Assembly: GCA_951406725.2 (NCBI GenBank) | Contig: OX597843.1 | Span: 8,990,001-9,054,000 of the forward strand | Reading direction: 5' to 3' | DNA from: Octopus vulgaris | Lineage: Eukaryota | Length of the DNA: 64,000 nt | Shown: positions 44,190 through 57,381 of the stretch, piece after piece | Numbering within the stretch: position 1 is the stretch's first letter | Layout of the letters: each line of letters starts with the position of its first letter | The notes under the pieces: generated by a model | Databases searched by the model: none | The model's input: only the letters and a program-made list of their open reading frames with translations | What the model was told of the DNA's origin: nothing | Made by a program: the position numbers and the translations under genes

Positions 44190-44490
44190 AATCTACTATA
44201 GCCCCGAGCCGACCAAAGCCTTGTGATTGGATTTGGTGGAAGGAAACTGGAAAACTCCAGTCATATATATGTTTATGTGTGCGTGTGTGTCTTTGTTCCC
44301 AAACATTGCTACACAACGGATATTAGTCTCTTTACGTCCCCATAACTTAGAGGTTCAGCGAAAGAGACTGATAGAATAAGCACTAGGCCTACAATGAATA
44401 AGTCCTGGGGTCGGTATGCTCGACTAAAGGTCGTGCTCCAACATGGCCACAGTCAAATGACTGAAACAAATGAGAGTAAAAGAGTAAATA
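44190..44490 (+). mobile_element. SINE family B, 5'-truncated, preceded by an inverted fragment (44105-44185)
   Basis: ctactatagccccgagccgaccaaagccttgtg...aaatgactgaaacaa. Confidence 0.7.
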
Positions 44491-46467
44491 ACGAGAAAAG
44501 TCCATGTTCACTAGGGAGATAGCAGAAAATATCTCCTAGAGTTACTTCCCTAACGTCATATAATACGTTTCATGTTGTAATATCTGTAATAAAGTAATAA
44601 TGACACTCGAAGGGCACACGAGAATGCATTCACGTACTATCACACATGTAGATGCAAGTTTTCTTAATAAAACGGAAAGAACTCACATTCCATCCCTTAG
44701 CTTCTTTTTTGTTTTAGACACTACATATACGTGCGTGGGTATATACACGTATATCTGTATGTGTATGTCTGGGTAAAACAGACTTTCGCGGTTGGGTCAC
44801 AGCTGATGCGACAACCTTGGGTATGTGTGAACTGTGCTCACACACGAACAAATACCCACACTTCCGCACTCATGCACATAGATACATGCAAAGCTATTTT
44901 ATGTTTTCAATAAGTTGTGCCCTTCGAGTGCGAACAAACGCACAGACACACACGCACACATTTAAACATATATACGATGGTATTTTATCAGTTTCCTTCC
45001 ACTAAATCCAATCACAAGGATTAGGTCGGCCTTGGGGTACAGTAGTGTTTGTTGTAGCTGTAATTGTCGCACAAACAAACGAATAAAAACACAGTCGCTC
45101 ACACACACGTACACACAAAAATAAAAACATTCACACAAACACAGATACTTAAATGAAAATAGCAACACACACACATATAAAAAGTCCCACGCACACAAAC
45201 ACTGAAAAAAAAATTCTCACAAAAACACTCACATACACACAAAGACAAACACACAAATAAAAATACAGATACATATTCACACACTCAAACACGCGGACAA
45301 ACACAGAAATGAAAACAGTTACATACCTACACATGCACAAACACAGACACACACAAATACAAATGGAAAATACGGTAACACATCCAAACTCTCACACACT
45401 AACATACGCACAAACACACACACACACACAAACATAAGCACCCACACACAGAAATGAAAACGCAGTTACACACTCACACATAAAACCCTAACCGTAACTA
45501 GCACAAACATACAATTTATTCAGAATGTAGAGGGGCATTGGGTGCTTTGCACTCGCAGTTAGAATATCAACTCCCTCCACGCCTATATTAGAATTTCTGT
45601 CATCCACTTGTGAAATTAATACATTGACGACACATGGGAAAAATATGAGCAACATCTGAAGCCACTAAAGGTGCAATAAATTGAACTTATTTTGATTTAG
45701 TATTTAATGATCTCAAAAGTGGATATCTTACAAATGGTCAAAGTGTTTGTTGTAGTTGTAAGTGTCGCACACACACAAACAAATAGAAACACTCAGTCGC
45801 TCACACACTCGCGCATGCAGAAATAAAAACACTCTCACACACAAACACTGAAATGAAAATACCCACACTCACATAAATAAAAACAGTCCCACACACACAA
45901 GGAGCCCCAATAGGTATATCAAAAAAGTTTCTAGTATTTTTCCTAGCCCATAATTTATGATAATTGAAATTCTTACAATGAATAAATACCTACTAAATCA
46001 GTATATCGAACATTACGTCCCCGTAACTTTTCGGTTCTGCAAAAGAGACCTATGCATTAAGTAATAGGCATACAAAGAATAATTCCTGGGGTTGATTTGC
46101 TTCACTAAAGGCGGTGCTCCACCATGGTCACAGTGAAATAACTGAAATAGTCTAAGAGCGACAAAGTGTATATTACGATAACTACATACTTAAGGGAGAT
46201 AACTACAAAGTATCTTCTACAGTTACTTCTCTTGAATATTATAATTTAACAATAAAAAAATATGAAGGGAAATTAACTCTCGGAAGGGAGATAACTAGAT
46301 AACATCTTCCAGAGTTACTTTCCTTACATATAATTATATTACTTTTAATAAATTATAATGAGCAAGATAACTGCTCTCTCTAGTGAGTCGGATGTCCCAT
46401 TATGGCCATCCCATATATGTTTAAATATCTATATGTATATACATATATCTATCAATATATACCTATG

Positions 46468-46500
<33 letters not shown>

Positions 46501-46503
46501 GTG

Positions 46504-46552
<49 letters not shown>

Positions 46553-46617
46553 TTTATTTTAAGCAGCAGGAAATTCAGTACTCTTTTTTCCACCTTGTTT
46601 CACATTTTGTGTTTACT

Positions 46618-46660
<43 letters not shown>

Positions 46661-46824
46661 ATCTATATACCACGGGCTACTTTCTGTTTCGGTGTACAAA
46701 ATCTACTCAGAAACGTTGGTCTGTCTGAGGCTATATTGGAAGACACTTGCCCATGGGGCCACGCAGTTGGACTGAACCAGAAACACCGTGTTTGGAAAGC
46801 AAGCTACATAGCCACTCTTACTGC

Positions 46825-46862
<38 letters not shown>

Positions 46863-47508
46863 CGACAGTCTTTTTTTTAGTTTCCGTCTCCCAAATCCAC
46901 TCACAAGGCTTGGGTCGGCCCGAGACTATAGTAGAAGACATTTGCCCAACATGCCACCCAGTGGGACTGAACTCGGAAACATTTGTTAGGTAAGCAAGCT
47001 AATTCCTATTCAGGCACTACTGTTTGGTAACCGGACAAGTTCAAGTCGAACCCTAATTGTTTGTATGCAAATGCGTTCATTAATGTGGTCCGGAACTTTC
47101 ACGGCTGTTTCTTATGAGACGATGCAACCAGCTTGGGTATAGGTGGACTGTGCTCACACACGCACAAACACTCACACGTCCACACCCACGAATATAGATA
47201 CATGCAAAGACGCAATCTCGTACCTATTTATGTTTTAAATATGTTGACTTTAAAACTGAGACATTCTGAAAACACGTCCGCACTCATGCACATAGATACA
47301 TGCATATACACAAACTCGTAGCTATTTATGTTTTAAACATGTTGACCTTTAAACCATGACATTCTGTGTCTGTTTGTGCACGCATTTCTGTGAGAATGAT
47401 TGATCACGAACGGTAAATTTTGGAGTCAATCCGACGGGATGTAGTGGTCTTTAAACCATTCCAGACAAACAAACAAACAAACTTTTCGCATTTCAGTTTT
47501 ATAAATAG

Positions 47509-47558
<50 letters not shown>

Positions 47559-47561
47559 TGC

Positions 47562-47995
47562 TAGGCGTAGGAGCGGCTTTGTGATAAGTAGCTTGCTTAC
47601 GAACCACTGTGTTCTGGGTTCAGTCCCACTGCGTGGAACCTTGGACAAGTGTCTTCAACTATAGCCTCGGGGTGACCAAAGCCTTGTGAATAGATTTCGT
47701 AGACGGAAACTAAATGAAGCCCATCGTGTGTGTATACATATATATATATACATGCATACATATATATATATATACATACATACATACATATATATATATA
47801 TATACATATACGTTTTGTATGCCTCTTTATCCATCGAACAGTGCTTGACAAACGATGCTGCTGTTTTCACGCACCCGTAACTGAACGGTTCGGCAAAAGA
47901 GAATAGGTCCTGGGCTCTATTTGTTTGACTGAAGGCGGTGCTCCAACATGGCCGCAGTCAAATAACTGAAAGTAGCAAAAGTGAGTGAAAGAGTA
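47562..47995 (+). mobile_element. SINE family B, diverged full-length copy
   Basis: Head aggcgtaggagcggctttgtgataagtagcttgc and family B tail. Confidence 0.8.
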
Positions 47996-48089
47996 ATTAG
48001 CGAAAACAGTGTATATTCTGTTGTGTCTGGGGATAGTCTTTCTCTTTTAGTGCCTTATTATTAAATACACACTCACCAGTAAAAATTCA

Positions 48090-48520
48090 AGGAGTGATAT
48101 TAGTAGAGGCCAGAGCCCATGGAGAACTAGCCCGTAGATTTAGAAAAGCTCTGAAAGAGACCAAACTCAACATTAAAATTGTTGAAAAGCCAAGGAACTC
48201 CGTCAGGTCACAATTATGAAGGACATGCCCGTTTAAGAATACCATATGCACAATTGATAACTGCATGGCATGTAGAATTAGCCCTGGTATTAACTGTAGA
48301 ACTCGAAATGTAGTTTACAATATAAGATGCATAGAAGGTGCTTGTAAGGACATGAACATGATGTACATAGAGGAGACGTCTATGAGCATTGCGGAACGAT
48401 AAATGAACATTTAAGACAACTTGACGACAGAAAACAGTCTTCTATACTCTACCAACATGCCAAAGACCACCATGGAGATAACTTGGATCAACCTGACATC
48501 CGCATCTTATCCAAGCACCC
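48090..48520 (+). pseudogene. Penelope-like element GIY-YIG endonuclease fragment
   Basis: Hand translation: CMAC...CRTRNVVYNIRCIEGAC...MYIEETSMSIAER*, frameshift, EHLRQ...SILYQHAKDHH. Confidence 0.75.
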
Positions 48521-48766
48521 AGCCCCCATCCCTGCTTTTCAATGCTAAACCCGATATAAAACAGTCATCAACACTATAAATAAACCTGTTCAATCTCTAC
48601 TCTCCTCATCACCCCAAATCCCAACCTCTAGTTCAAACTTTGATCTCTTACTTGACTATTCTCTCTAAAAACCCTTCACAAATCCTCAAGCTGACCCTAA
48701 TATAGACTAAACTCTGAAAACCAATCCTAACAGTAAACCCACACCAAAATAAGAAAGACCACTTAC

Positions 48767-51700
48767 CTTTGGCCATTTGGGATCTATAATACAAGGCATG
48801 ATATGCAAACAACAAGCAAAATATCAACCAACATTTGAAAGTCAAGTTTTATCTGTGTCGAATCATGATATACACTTGTTTAATAAATACAGTTGTCCTT
48901 ACATTTACACAGTACATTGCTTCCACAAGTCATCAAACTAATCATTCTCATGCGAAATCAATTGTTTTTATTTATAAATAGAAACAAATTAATTATTGAA
49001 ATTAATATAAGAAATACAATTAACGTGTATGTGTGTCATCATCATTTAACATTCGTTTTTCATGTTGTCATGGGTTGGACTATTTCACACTATCTGAGAT
49101 GAATTACTACACGTACATCTAATGTCTGTTTTCACATGGTTTCTATGTCTGAGAAAAGTTTTGGTAACACTGACACTAGTAAAATTAAAAAGTAAATTTC
49201 AAGGATGAGTGGACTGCTAGTAGTGAGAGAGGTGGCTTCATCCTAACCTGTAGTATGATAGAGAGACAGGCAGAGGTGTGTCGCTGTAGAGAAAGTACAT
49301 GGCTACCCTGCATATATGTATGTATATAGGTAGACATCGATTAGAGCGCTTTCTCATTGCTAATATGTTAACATATGTCTGATGTGTGCTTTAAAAATAA
49401 AGTGCTTGCACTGGCACTAATTTCTTCAGATGATGAAAATCACGGAGAGGATCATAGCCCAACTTATTAGGAAAAGACTTAATCTAGATGAGATGCAATT
49501 TGGTTTTGTATCAGGAAGAAACACCAGTCATGATATATTTCTGGTAAGAAACCCCAGGAGAAGTACCTAACCAAGTATAAACCTATGTACTTGACTTTTG
49601 TTGGTATCATAATCATTCAGGTAATAACAGATAAATATAAAACAGGCAGACCCTAGCAACTCCTCTATGCTGATTACAGGATTACAACTAAACACACATA
49701 TATTACAATTTATTACATTACATTCAATTCGCCATATATTATTCATTTTATTATCCATCATCTTTCCCTTCACATTTCAGGTATACTGAAGACCCTTTAC
49801 TCATTGCTTCAGACTGCATAAAATATTGGTGAAAGCAAACAGTTGTCAGACTTATTTATGACAAAAAGCGAGTCAGTATGACCAACGTACCCTGTCCTGC
49901 ACCTGATTGTGCCATGAGTTGGCCTGTAAACAATCCATGGGAGAGAGTACTGACAAGCCTCATCGATCATCTGCAACAATGACACAGAATGTATGCACCT
50001 GCCACCTACAACAAATACAACCCCCTCCTCCAACTACACTACCATTCCCAGCCACTGAGGAAAAACGTTGTCGCCTGAGGAAGTAGCTGCTACAATACTA
50101 CAGCTCCAGCACATTCAACGTCTGCAACCATCGGCAATTCTCCAAGATGTCTGACCAACCGATCCGCTTAATGCTAAACCAGTCGCCCACCATACGCCCA
50201 TACCAGTCCTGGTTCATTGGCAAGAGGAAGTAAAAGCAGGTCTCGACCGGAATGTTCCACTTGGAGTTATCAAGCCTATTCCCATTGGTACATCTGTCAA
50301 TTGGTGACAGACAATGGTGGTATGTCCTAACAGGTCTGGAAAACCATCTTAAAGGAGCATCGAATGGCGCACAGGCACTTAACACTGCCCTATCAGCTAT
50401 GAGCTGACATTGTACCTTCTTCCACAATTGGGGAGAATCACCGCCATTGCATTTCCCCATGACAACTGCCGCGCCAAGTCGGTATTGAGACAATAAAGGG
50501 CCTCGTTACAGACAACACTGACAGTTTCCAGTGCACAATGCTACAATAAAGAAATACACCTGACTGGGACACACACTTGTCCCCAGCCATGTGCATCTTT
50601 GGCAGCCCTATACAATACTTTATTCCCATCCATCCCGGCAAGTACAAGCTACATTCCACATGGCATGAAACTATGACTTATTGAAAAGAAGACCTGCGTA
50701 AACACAACATGAGTGCTACTGAACGGTTGTCAAAACACACATGCTCACTTCTTTCGAACTATGTCCTAATCCAGAGCCAAGTTTGACCCAATCCTACAAA
50801 TGGGGGGAAAACTGGTGCCATTTAGATGTACGTCATTTCGATCTGTACATGTTGAGAGTGGATGGATCAGGCCAAGTCACACTGTGCAACAAAATTCCTC
50901 TGGAAGTATCTACTGCTTCTTCCCCATGGCCCACTGCTCATGGTGTCTGGACCACATGCGTTCCCTACGCCAACACCAGTGATGAGACTACCTTCTCAAC
51001 CGACTTTAACAGCACCTCATGCAGCTGCAACACCAATGCCCACTTCCCGATTCCAAAATTACCATGACCAGAAAAGCATCTCACCGCCTACCCACAGAGC
51101 CACGCCAACTTACCCCACCTTTACCACAAGTGGTCATACCCCAACACCCCTTGAAACCCCTGCTTTCCAAAAGTGACCCTTGCCTGATGCAGTTTATCCT
51201 CCATCCAGCAATTGTCCTGTTTGTCGCTCTGCCAGACTCGCAAAGACTGACACAAAAGCCTGATGCACAACTGACACGTTGCTCCTTGATCGTCACACCG
51301 TCAATATTGATTAAGGGTCTCTTGCACTAATTATTATTTTCGTTAATCATTTAATACATATTATTAGTCTTCTTTGCTTCTCTCAAAGGAATTGGGGAGG
51401 GCATAGAGGATGACAACTGAACACTCATATATTATCATTTATTACATTACATTCAATTAGCCATACATTATTAGTTTCATTATCAAAATATTTTCCTTCA
51501 CGTTTCATGTATACCGAGGACCTTCTTTTTCATTGCTTCAATCAGTGTACATAAAGTGTTTGTGAAAGCAAAGAGTTTTCACACTTATTTACTAATGAGC
51601 TTCTTCTTATAGCTAAATCACTACCAGAACTAGAGAACAAATTGTGCGTACGGAAGCAAGGTCTAGAATTGAAAGGTCACAGAATTAACCTACCCAACCC

Positions 51701-54700
51701 TAACACAAAGTCTTAGTAAGTAGGAAAACAGATAAATCGTAAAGCCCTTCAGGTACATGGCCATCCTCAATATGAAGGAAACAGGTAGGTAGATGTACTC
51801 TGTATAACACATAATAGGTGTAGCAATATCAGAGGAAGGTAAACTGGGAAAATATTTTTTGCATGTGGAAGGTGCACATGTACAGTAAACACTAAAAGTG
51901 TACAGAAAATGGGCTTCATCAAATACCAGAGGAGTACGATAAAGATTGTTGAGCAACAAAGTCAGTAGCAGAGGTGGATGAACCAAGAGTGAGGCTGCAA
52001 GAATAAAAATAGGCTGAGCAAATTCAGAGAGCTCCTTCCTCTGTTTAGTAACTAAGGGTCTCTCCTTCAGAGTGAAAGCCAGATTTATTATACCTGTGCA
52101 GACAACTATGCTACATGGCAGAAGAAGTAGACATAAGAAGGCATTGGACAAGGTGGTAATGCATGATCTTTGACTGTTGGAACTTATAAAGGCAATGACT
52201 AATGACTGACACCTTTCATGACATGCCGTGCCTTAGAAGACAATATATTGTAATTAATTTCCCATCAATTAATTTTTTCACAACCCCTGCCCACAACACT
52301 CATGGAGTGCTTGATGTTAAGAAGGGCATCCAGCCATAGAAACAATGACAAATCAAGACTGGAGTCTGCTGCAGACCCTCAGCTTACAGCCCTGATGAAA
52401 CTGTCCAACCCAAGCCAGCATAGAAAATGGACATTAAATGATGATGATGATGATGAGGACAATTCTTTTTGTAAAACTTTTGCATTTTATGCTGAACATC
52501 TAGTTTAAAGTTAATTTTATACATTGAATTTTCATTTCCAGTGAAATCAATTTTAATATTTCAAATTCAAAAATATTTAACAAAATATTATGAGAAACTG
52601 AAGCAGGTACTACTTCTATATTTGTAAAAACAAAAAGAAACAAATAGAGGAAAATGAGCAAAATTGTGCAAAAGTGAACTAAGAAACAGAATACTGTGTA
52701 AGGCAAGAGACAACTGTATTTTATGAAAGTACCATATTGCATAAACACAAAAAAAAGAAACTATTGCAGAGGGAATTAAACTGAAACAGATATCAACATG
52801 ACACACACAACCCATGCTAGTATGGATAAAATGATTAGATATTTCTGTCGAGAGAAAATTCAGTGACAATCTTATGCAACCAACAATAACCTCAAATTTA
52901 TCAGATTATTGTAGATGAGCAACAACTCAAGAAAACCTGTCAAAATTCTATGTTCTTACAATGAATTAATTGCAAGTATTTAAGTATGTAGACAACATAA
53001 TTTCATGTTTTATATGCATCAATACATGTGTAAAAATAAGTCTCATACCTACGTTCATTTTTCCATCCTAGCATGAGTTTGAAAAATATAAGATTTAATA
53101 GTTGGGTAACGTTGTCGTAGCTAATGCTAATTTTCTACTAAAGGTTTTCTTTTTCTTTCAAAGTGCAGTTGTAACAAATGATACATTTGTACACAAACAT
53201 GACAAAAGTAAATAGATACCCATTAACACATTGTTATTATAACTTGAAGAGGTTTATATTTTTTTTATTAATTGACATTTATATGTTTCAGGTTCTATAT
53301 GTAACTGTTTAATCATGCCATGTACAAAAGAAGCCTTAAAAATGTCCAATTTACAAAGAGGCCATATGCTGCACCTATTTCAAGGCTGACTTAGCCTAAA
53401 ACCACAGAAAACATTGTGATTCTACTTTCTACAGTAAATAGAGTAATTTTTCAATTCACTAAACGGGAAAGTAGTCCATATCACCTTACCCAGGTAGACT
53501 AAGGCCCTCTGACAACACTTTGCTTTCTTAAGAGAAGTGTGTAAGATAATCCTCATTGCAAGGCCTCCAATATAGCAGAATAAGTTGATGTCAGTCCCAG
53601 AATAGCTGTCAGTTATCTCCGCAAAATTGGCTATTATGGCAGAGCAGCAAGAAAGAAGACACTGCTTCGACCAGCCAATATCAAATGGAGAAAAGATTGG
53701 ACAAGTGAAATGGTAGAGAGGTCACTAGCACTTTGGGACACAGTCAAATCCTCTGATGAATCCAGATTTGCTGTATTTTCTGACACTGATCGAATGTGGG
53801 TCTGGAGAATCAGTCACCAATATTTTCACGTGAATATATTGCAGCCAACAATGAAACATGTGATGGTCTAGAGAGCAGTTTGGAGCAATAGTCAATCAGA
53901 AATGGTGGAATGTGAGGGATACATAAACTCAGATAAATATGTGTCCATATTATAGAAAAATCTTCTTCCTATAACCTCCAGGAGTAAAATGATTAAATAA
54001 CACTATTTATGGAAGATAGGGCTTTCTTGCACAACTAAAAGACCCAGGATTGGTTGGAAGAGAATGGCATTAAAAAGCTTCCATAGCTAAGCCAATCACC
54101 AGATATGAACCCTACTGAACACATCTGAGGCATGATGGATGGGATACTTCCTAAAAAGAAAAAGAAAGCATCCTTAAAGCCAGATCTTTTGATATTACTG
54201 CAAGAAACTTGGCAAGAAAATCATGAAGAGAATATTCATCAGATCAGTAGCATGCCTGCTAGGGTCCTTGCATTCAAAAATGCAAGGAGCCTGTCTACTA
54301 AATATTAGATATTCACATTATAATAATTAATAAATAATTTAAATAAATTTTAACAATTATAAGGATGTCTATTTAATTCTGTCATGTCTATGTAGTTTTT
54401 GAAGCAAAACACAATGGAAACATTAATATTAAGACCTTTTCAAAAATCTCTCTCAAGCTTTTCATGCACACTAAGATTTTATTGACATTCATTCAAATTC
54501 ACTCATTCCAACATGAAACAATTTTTTCCATCAAAAACTTAGTGATGTTTTCACTGTCTCTAATTTGATCTAGATCCTCTAAGTGTCTCTAATGCATTCA
54601 TGCCTTAATTTCAATTTGTTCCCTAGATTTTTCCTCAGGGCCAACTCACCAAACAGAAATTAATGAGACCTAATTGCCTTTCATCTTGATCACATAAATA

Positions 54701-57050
54701 CTCCCACATATTTGGTGCTCAAATACAGCATGCTCCACACTAGGAGATTGACAGTTACCCAGTATATGCAAAAATCGAACACATTTGCAGTACTAAACAA
54801 GCCATTACTATTGCATTTTCTGGCTTCATGTTTCCCAATTATATCCCAATTTTTTTTATCTCTGAAATCACCAAGTATGAAGATTTTATAAGCAGAAAGA
54901 ATACTGCACAGAAGCTTTTTTCATGAAAGATAAAATATTAGTCCTTTTTTTCTCTTCAGAGGAACACATGGTTGGAGGGTAGACACTTACTAAGGTAACA
55001 AATCTCTTGTTTGACAATGGCAATCTCACTGACATCAAGGTAATCAGTAAATCCAAAGAGTTCATAATCTTAGATGCCAATATTTCACAAACATTCAATG
55101 GTCTGTACTCTCTTGCAGTAGCAAGATGACACATAGGCCCAGGCAGCAATACTGTGGGACACCTTCCAAGCCAGACCTTTCACTATCCATTCCACATCCC
55201 TTCTTGACATTACTCTAAATTATTTTGATTTTTCAATGAGTATTTTGCACTTTTTGTCAACAGTTACCTATAACATGCATCACATAATTGATATGGTGTA
55301 TACACACACATGCAATAAGCTTCATATAGTTCCCATCAACCACTTTCACTAAAAATGCATTTGTTGGTCCCTACCTATAGTCGAAGACTCTTGCCCAAAA
55401 TGCCACACAGTAGAACTAGACCCTAAACCATGGCATTGGGAAACAAACATATTTTAAATTTGCAAACATATATGTCTTATGGAAATTGTTCAATATACAC
55501 AGAGAAACAGTTGTTCAATTTACAAACAGCTATGGTTAACTAACAGAAAACTTAATTTAACAAAAAAATTATGTACTTACATATAGGTGAAGCTTCGCAT
55601 GGGCTACTTGCTTGGTAAAATCTACATGTATAAAGAAAAGTCTACATGTATAAACTGTTGTAGTGAGAGTCATTGGCACCCCTATGGGATTGGAAGAATG
55701 GACTAGCAAAACTCTTATAAAAAAATTAGCATATTGGTTGAGACAAAGAGAGTCATTGGGAGTTCATGGAAGTTGTTGACATTGTTCAGAGTTTATATTT
55801 ATTAGAAGTATTGTGTTTAGTAGAGTAATCTGAAGTGGGTTGTGTGAAGACAGTTGTGTCTATCCCCGCTTCGTGAAATTTGCATATCCAACATATAGAA
55901 GGATATAAAATAAACAAAAGTTCGCATGTAAACAAATAAGTGTAATCATTCATTTTTTAACTCTGAAAGTAAAAATGAAAAACTTCCTAATAGTAGCGAA
56001 AGGAAAATTTTGGCTTTAATATCAGTTCAATACTCTTTATTTGAAGTGACAAGCAGCCAAGTATTATGCAAATGGAAACTTTTACATGTCTCATGTTACA
56101 TGCATATATATGCATGCTTGCACCCAGTTTCTGTGCACATCTATAGACTTAACTTTTTTTTTCCTTTGCATGCAACTCTTTTCTCATGAGAAGAATATCT
56201 CCTCCTCATTTTATAACTCTCCCGTCTTTTTCTTACCATATCACCATCGTCACATCAACAGAGACATTAAGGCTGCACAATAGCAGTCGACAAGGCATGT
56301 ATAACGATTAAATAAAAAAAAATGTGTCTATATCTTCGATCACTGTCATTATTCCATTGAGTCAACCTCATTGTTTTCTACATAGCAGACCGTTACATAA
56401 ACAGGCAAAGGTAATCTCTCGTTTTAACTCGAAATAATGTAAACACTGAATCGGCCATACATACATACACACACACACACATACATAGATAGATACATAC
56501 ATACACACACACACACATACATGCATACATACATATACACATACACCGAGTAAAAAATTTCAGTTATCTCTCTCTGTCTCTTCACACACACTAACAGAAG
56601 CACTTCACTTACACAACATACTTTCTGTCTCGCACACCCCATCAAACACACACACACACACATGTACATCAAAGCTTCCCATTCGCGGTAACTTCAAAAA
56701 GAAATTCCCTCCTCATACAATCGCTTCCTCTTAGTCTCTTTCGCTCTCATTACTTCAAAAGTTCCCGCAAACCCATATGTAAAAAAAAAATAAAAGTTTT
56801 TTACGGAAATCGACGGAAAGGTCTACTAGAAACGAAAGATAATCTTTCGTTTTAACCAACATCTTAATTATGAACCTCAACTCCAAACTTTTTATACATT
56901 TTGCCACTAAATAAAATGAAAACCGAGCGGCCTTCCGTCACAACAGACTTCCTTCAGCTTTTCTCTTTACATCGTCACCAACTACTCTCACTTATTTTTT
57001 CTAGATATTAACAATAACAATAATAATAATTTCTTACCTACTTCTTTCAT
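48767..57050 (-). CDS. Candidate spliced micro-exon gene, 5' part (exons 57050-57038, 55621-55581, 53067-53049, 48783-48767) giving [30 protein letters not shown]
   Basis: Each exon has an AG acceptor with a pyrimidine tract and a GTAAG/GTAAGT/GTATGA donor; phases 1,0,1,0 join without a stop; no homolog recognised. Confidence 0.35.
49440..49605 (+). pseudogene. RTE-type LINE RT fragment (continues at ~51596-52150)
   Basis: [29 protein letters not shown]; the downstream part has [14 protein letters not shown] and ARIKIG*AKFRELL. Confidence 0.65.
49680..51595 (+). mobile_element. Old, internally deleted Gypsy-type LTR retrotransposon
   Basis: Diverged direct repeats at ~49680-49863 and ~51410-51595; purine tract near 51386-51401; [23 protein letters not shown] (RT N-terminus) and [18 protein letters not shown] (integrase C-terminus). 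Confidence 0.75.
53340..54310 (+). pseudogene. Degenerate Tc1-family transposase
   Basis: [21 protein letters not shown]...[12 protein letters not shown]...WVWR...[10 protein letters not shown]...[11 protein letters not shown], with several stops. Confidence 0.85.
54886..55200 (-). pseudogene. RTE-type LINE AP-endonuclease fragment
   Basis: [31 protein letters not shown] resembles the RTE APE motif (..RL.L.....T.IS.YAPT). Confidence 0.65.
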
Positions 57051-57099
57051 AATTGTTAGCTGCAGGAAAAACATTCAAAGACGAAAATTCAATAAAAAA

Positions 57100-57190
57100 A
57101 CAGAGACCGTCGCCATTGAAAAGCATACGACAACAATCCCACAATGCTTTGCGAAAAGTCAGACACCAGTTTTTAGCCGCCATAGTTTCG
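57100..57190. promoter_or_regulatory. Candidate promoter with a Staf/ZNF143-like site and YY1-like motifs
   Basis: acaacaatcccacaatgctttgcg (~57130-57153) is close to the Staf consensus; cgccat at 57111 and gccgccat at ~57176; locally CpG-enriched. Confidence 0.4.
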
Positions 57191-57345
57191 TATTTGCTTG
57201 GTTCATAAATTGTAAAATAGATACATTTACAGCTTATTTTCTTCTGTTTTTTTTTTTTTGCGGAACACGTACAAAAATACGGAGTTTATGATTCATGTGT
57301 GAGTGTGTGTTCTTGATAATCGTTTAGAACAAGTATTCTATAAGC

Positions 57346-57347
<2 letters not shown>

Positions 57348-57381
<34 letters not shown>

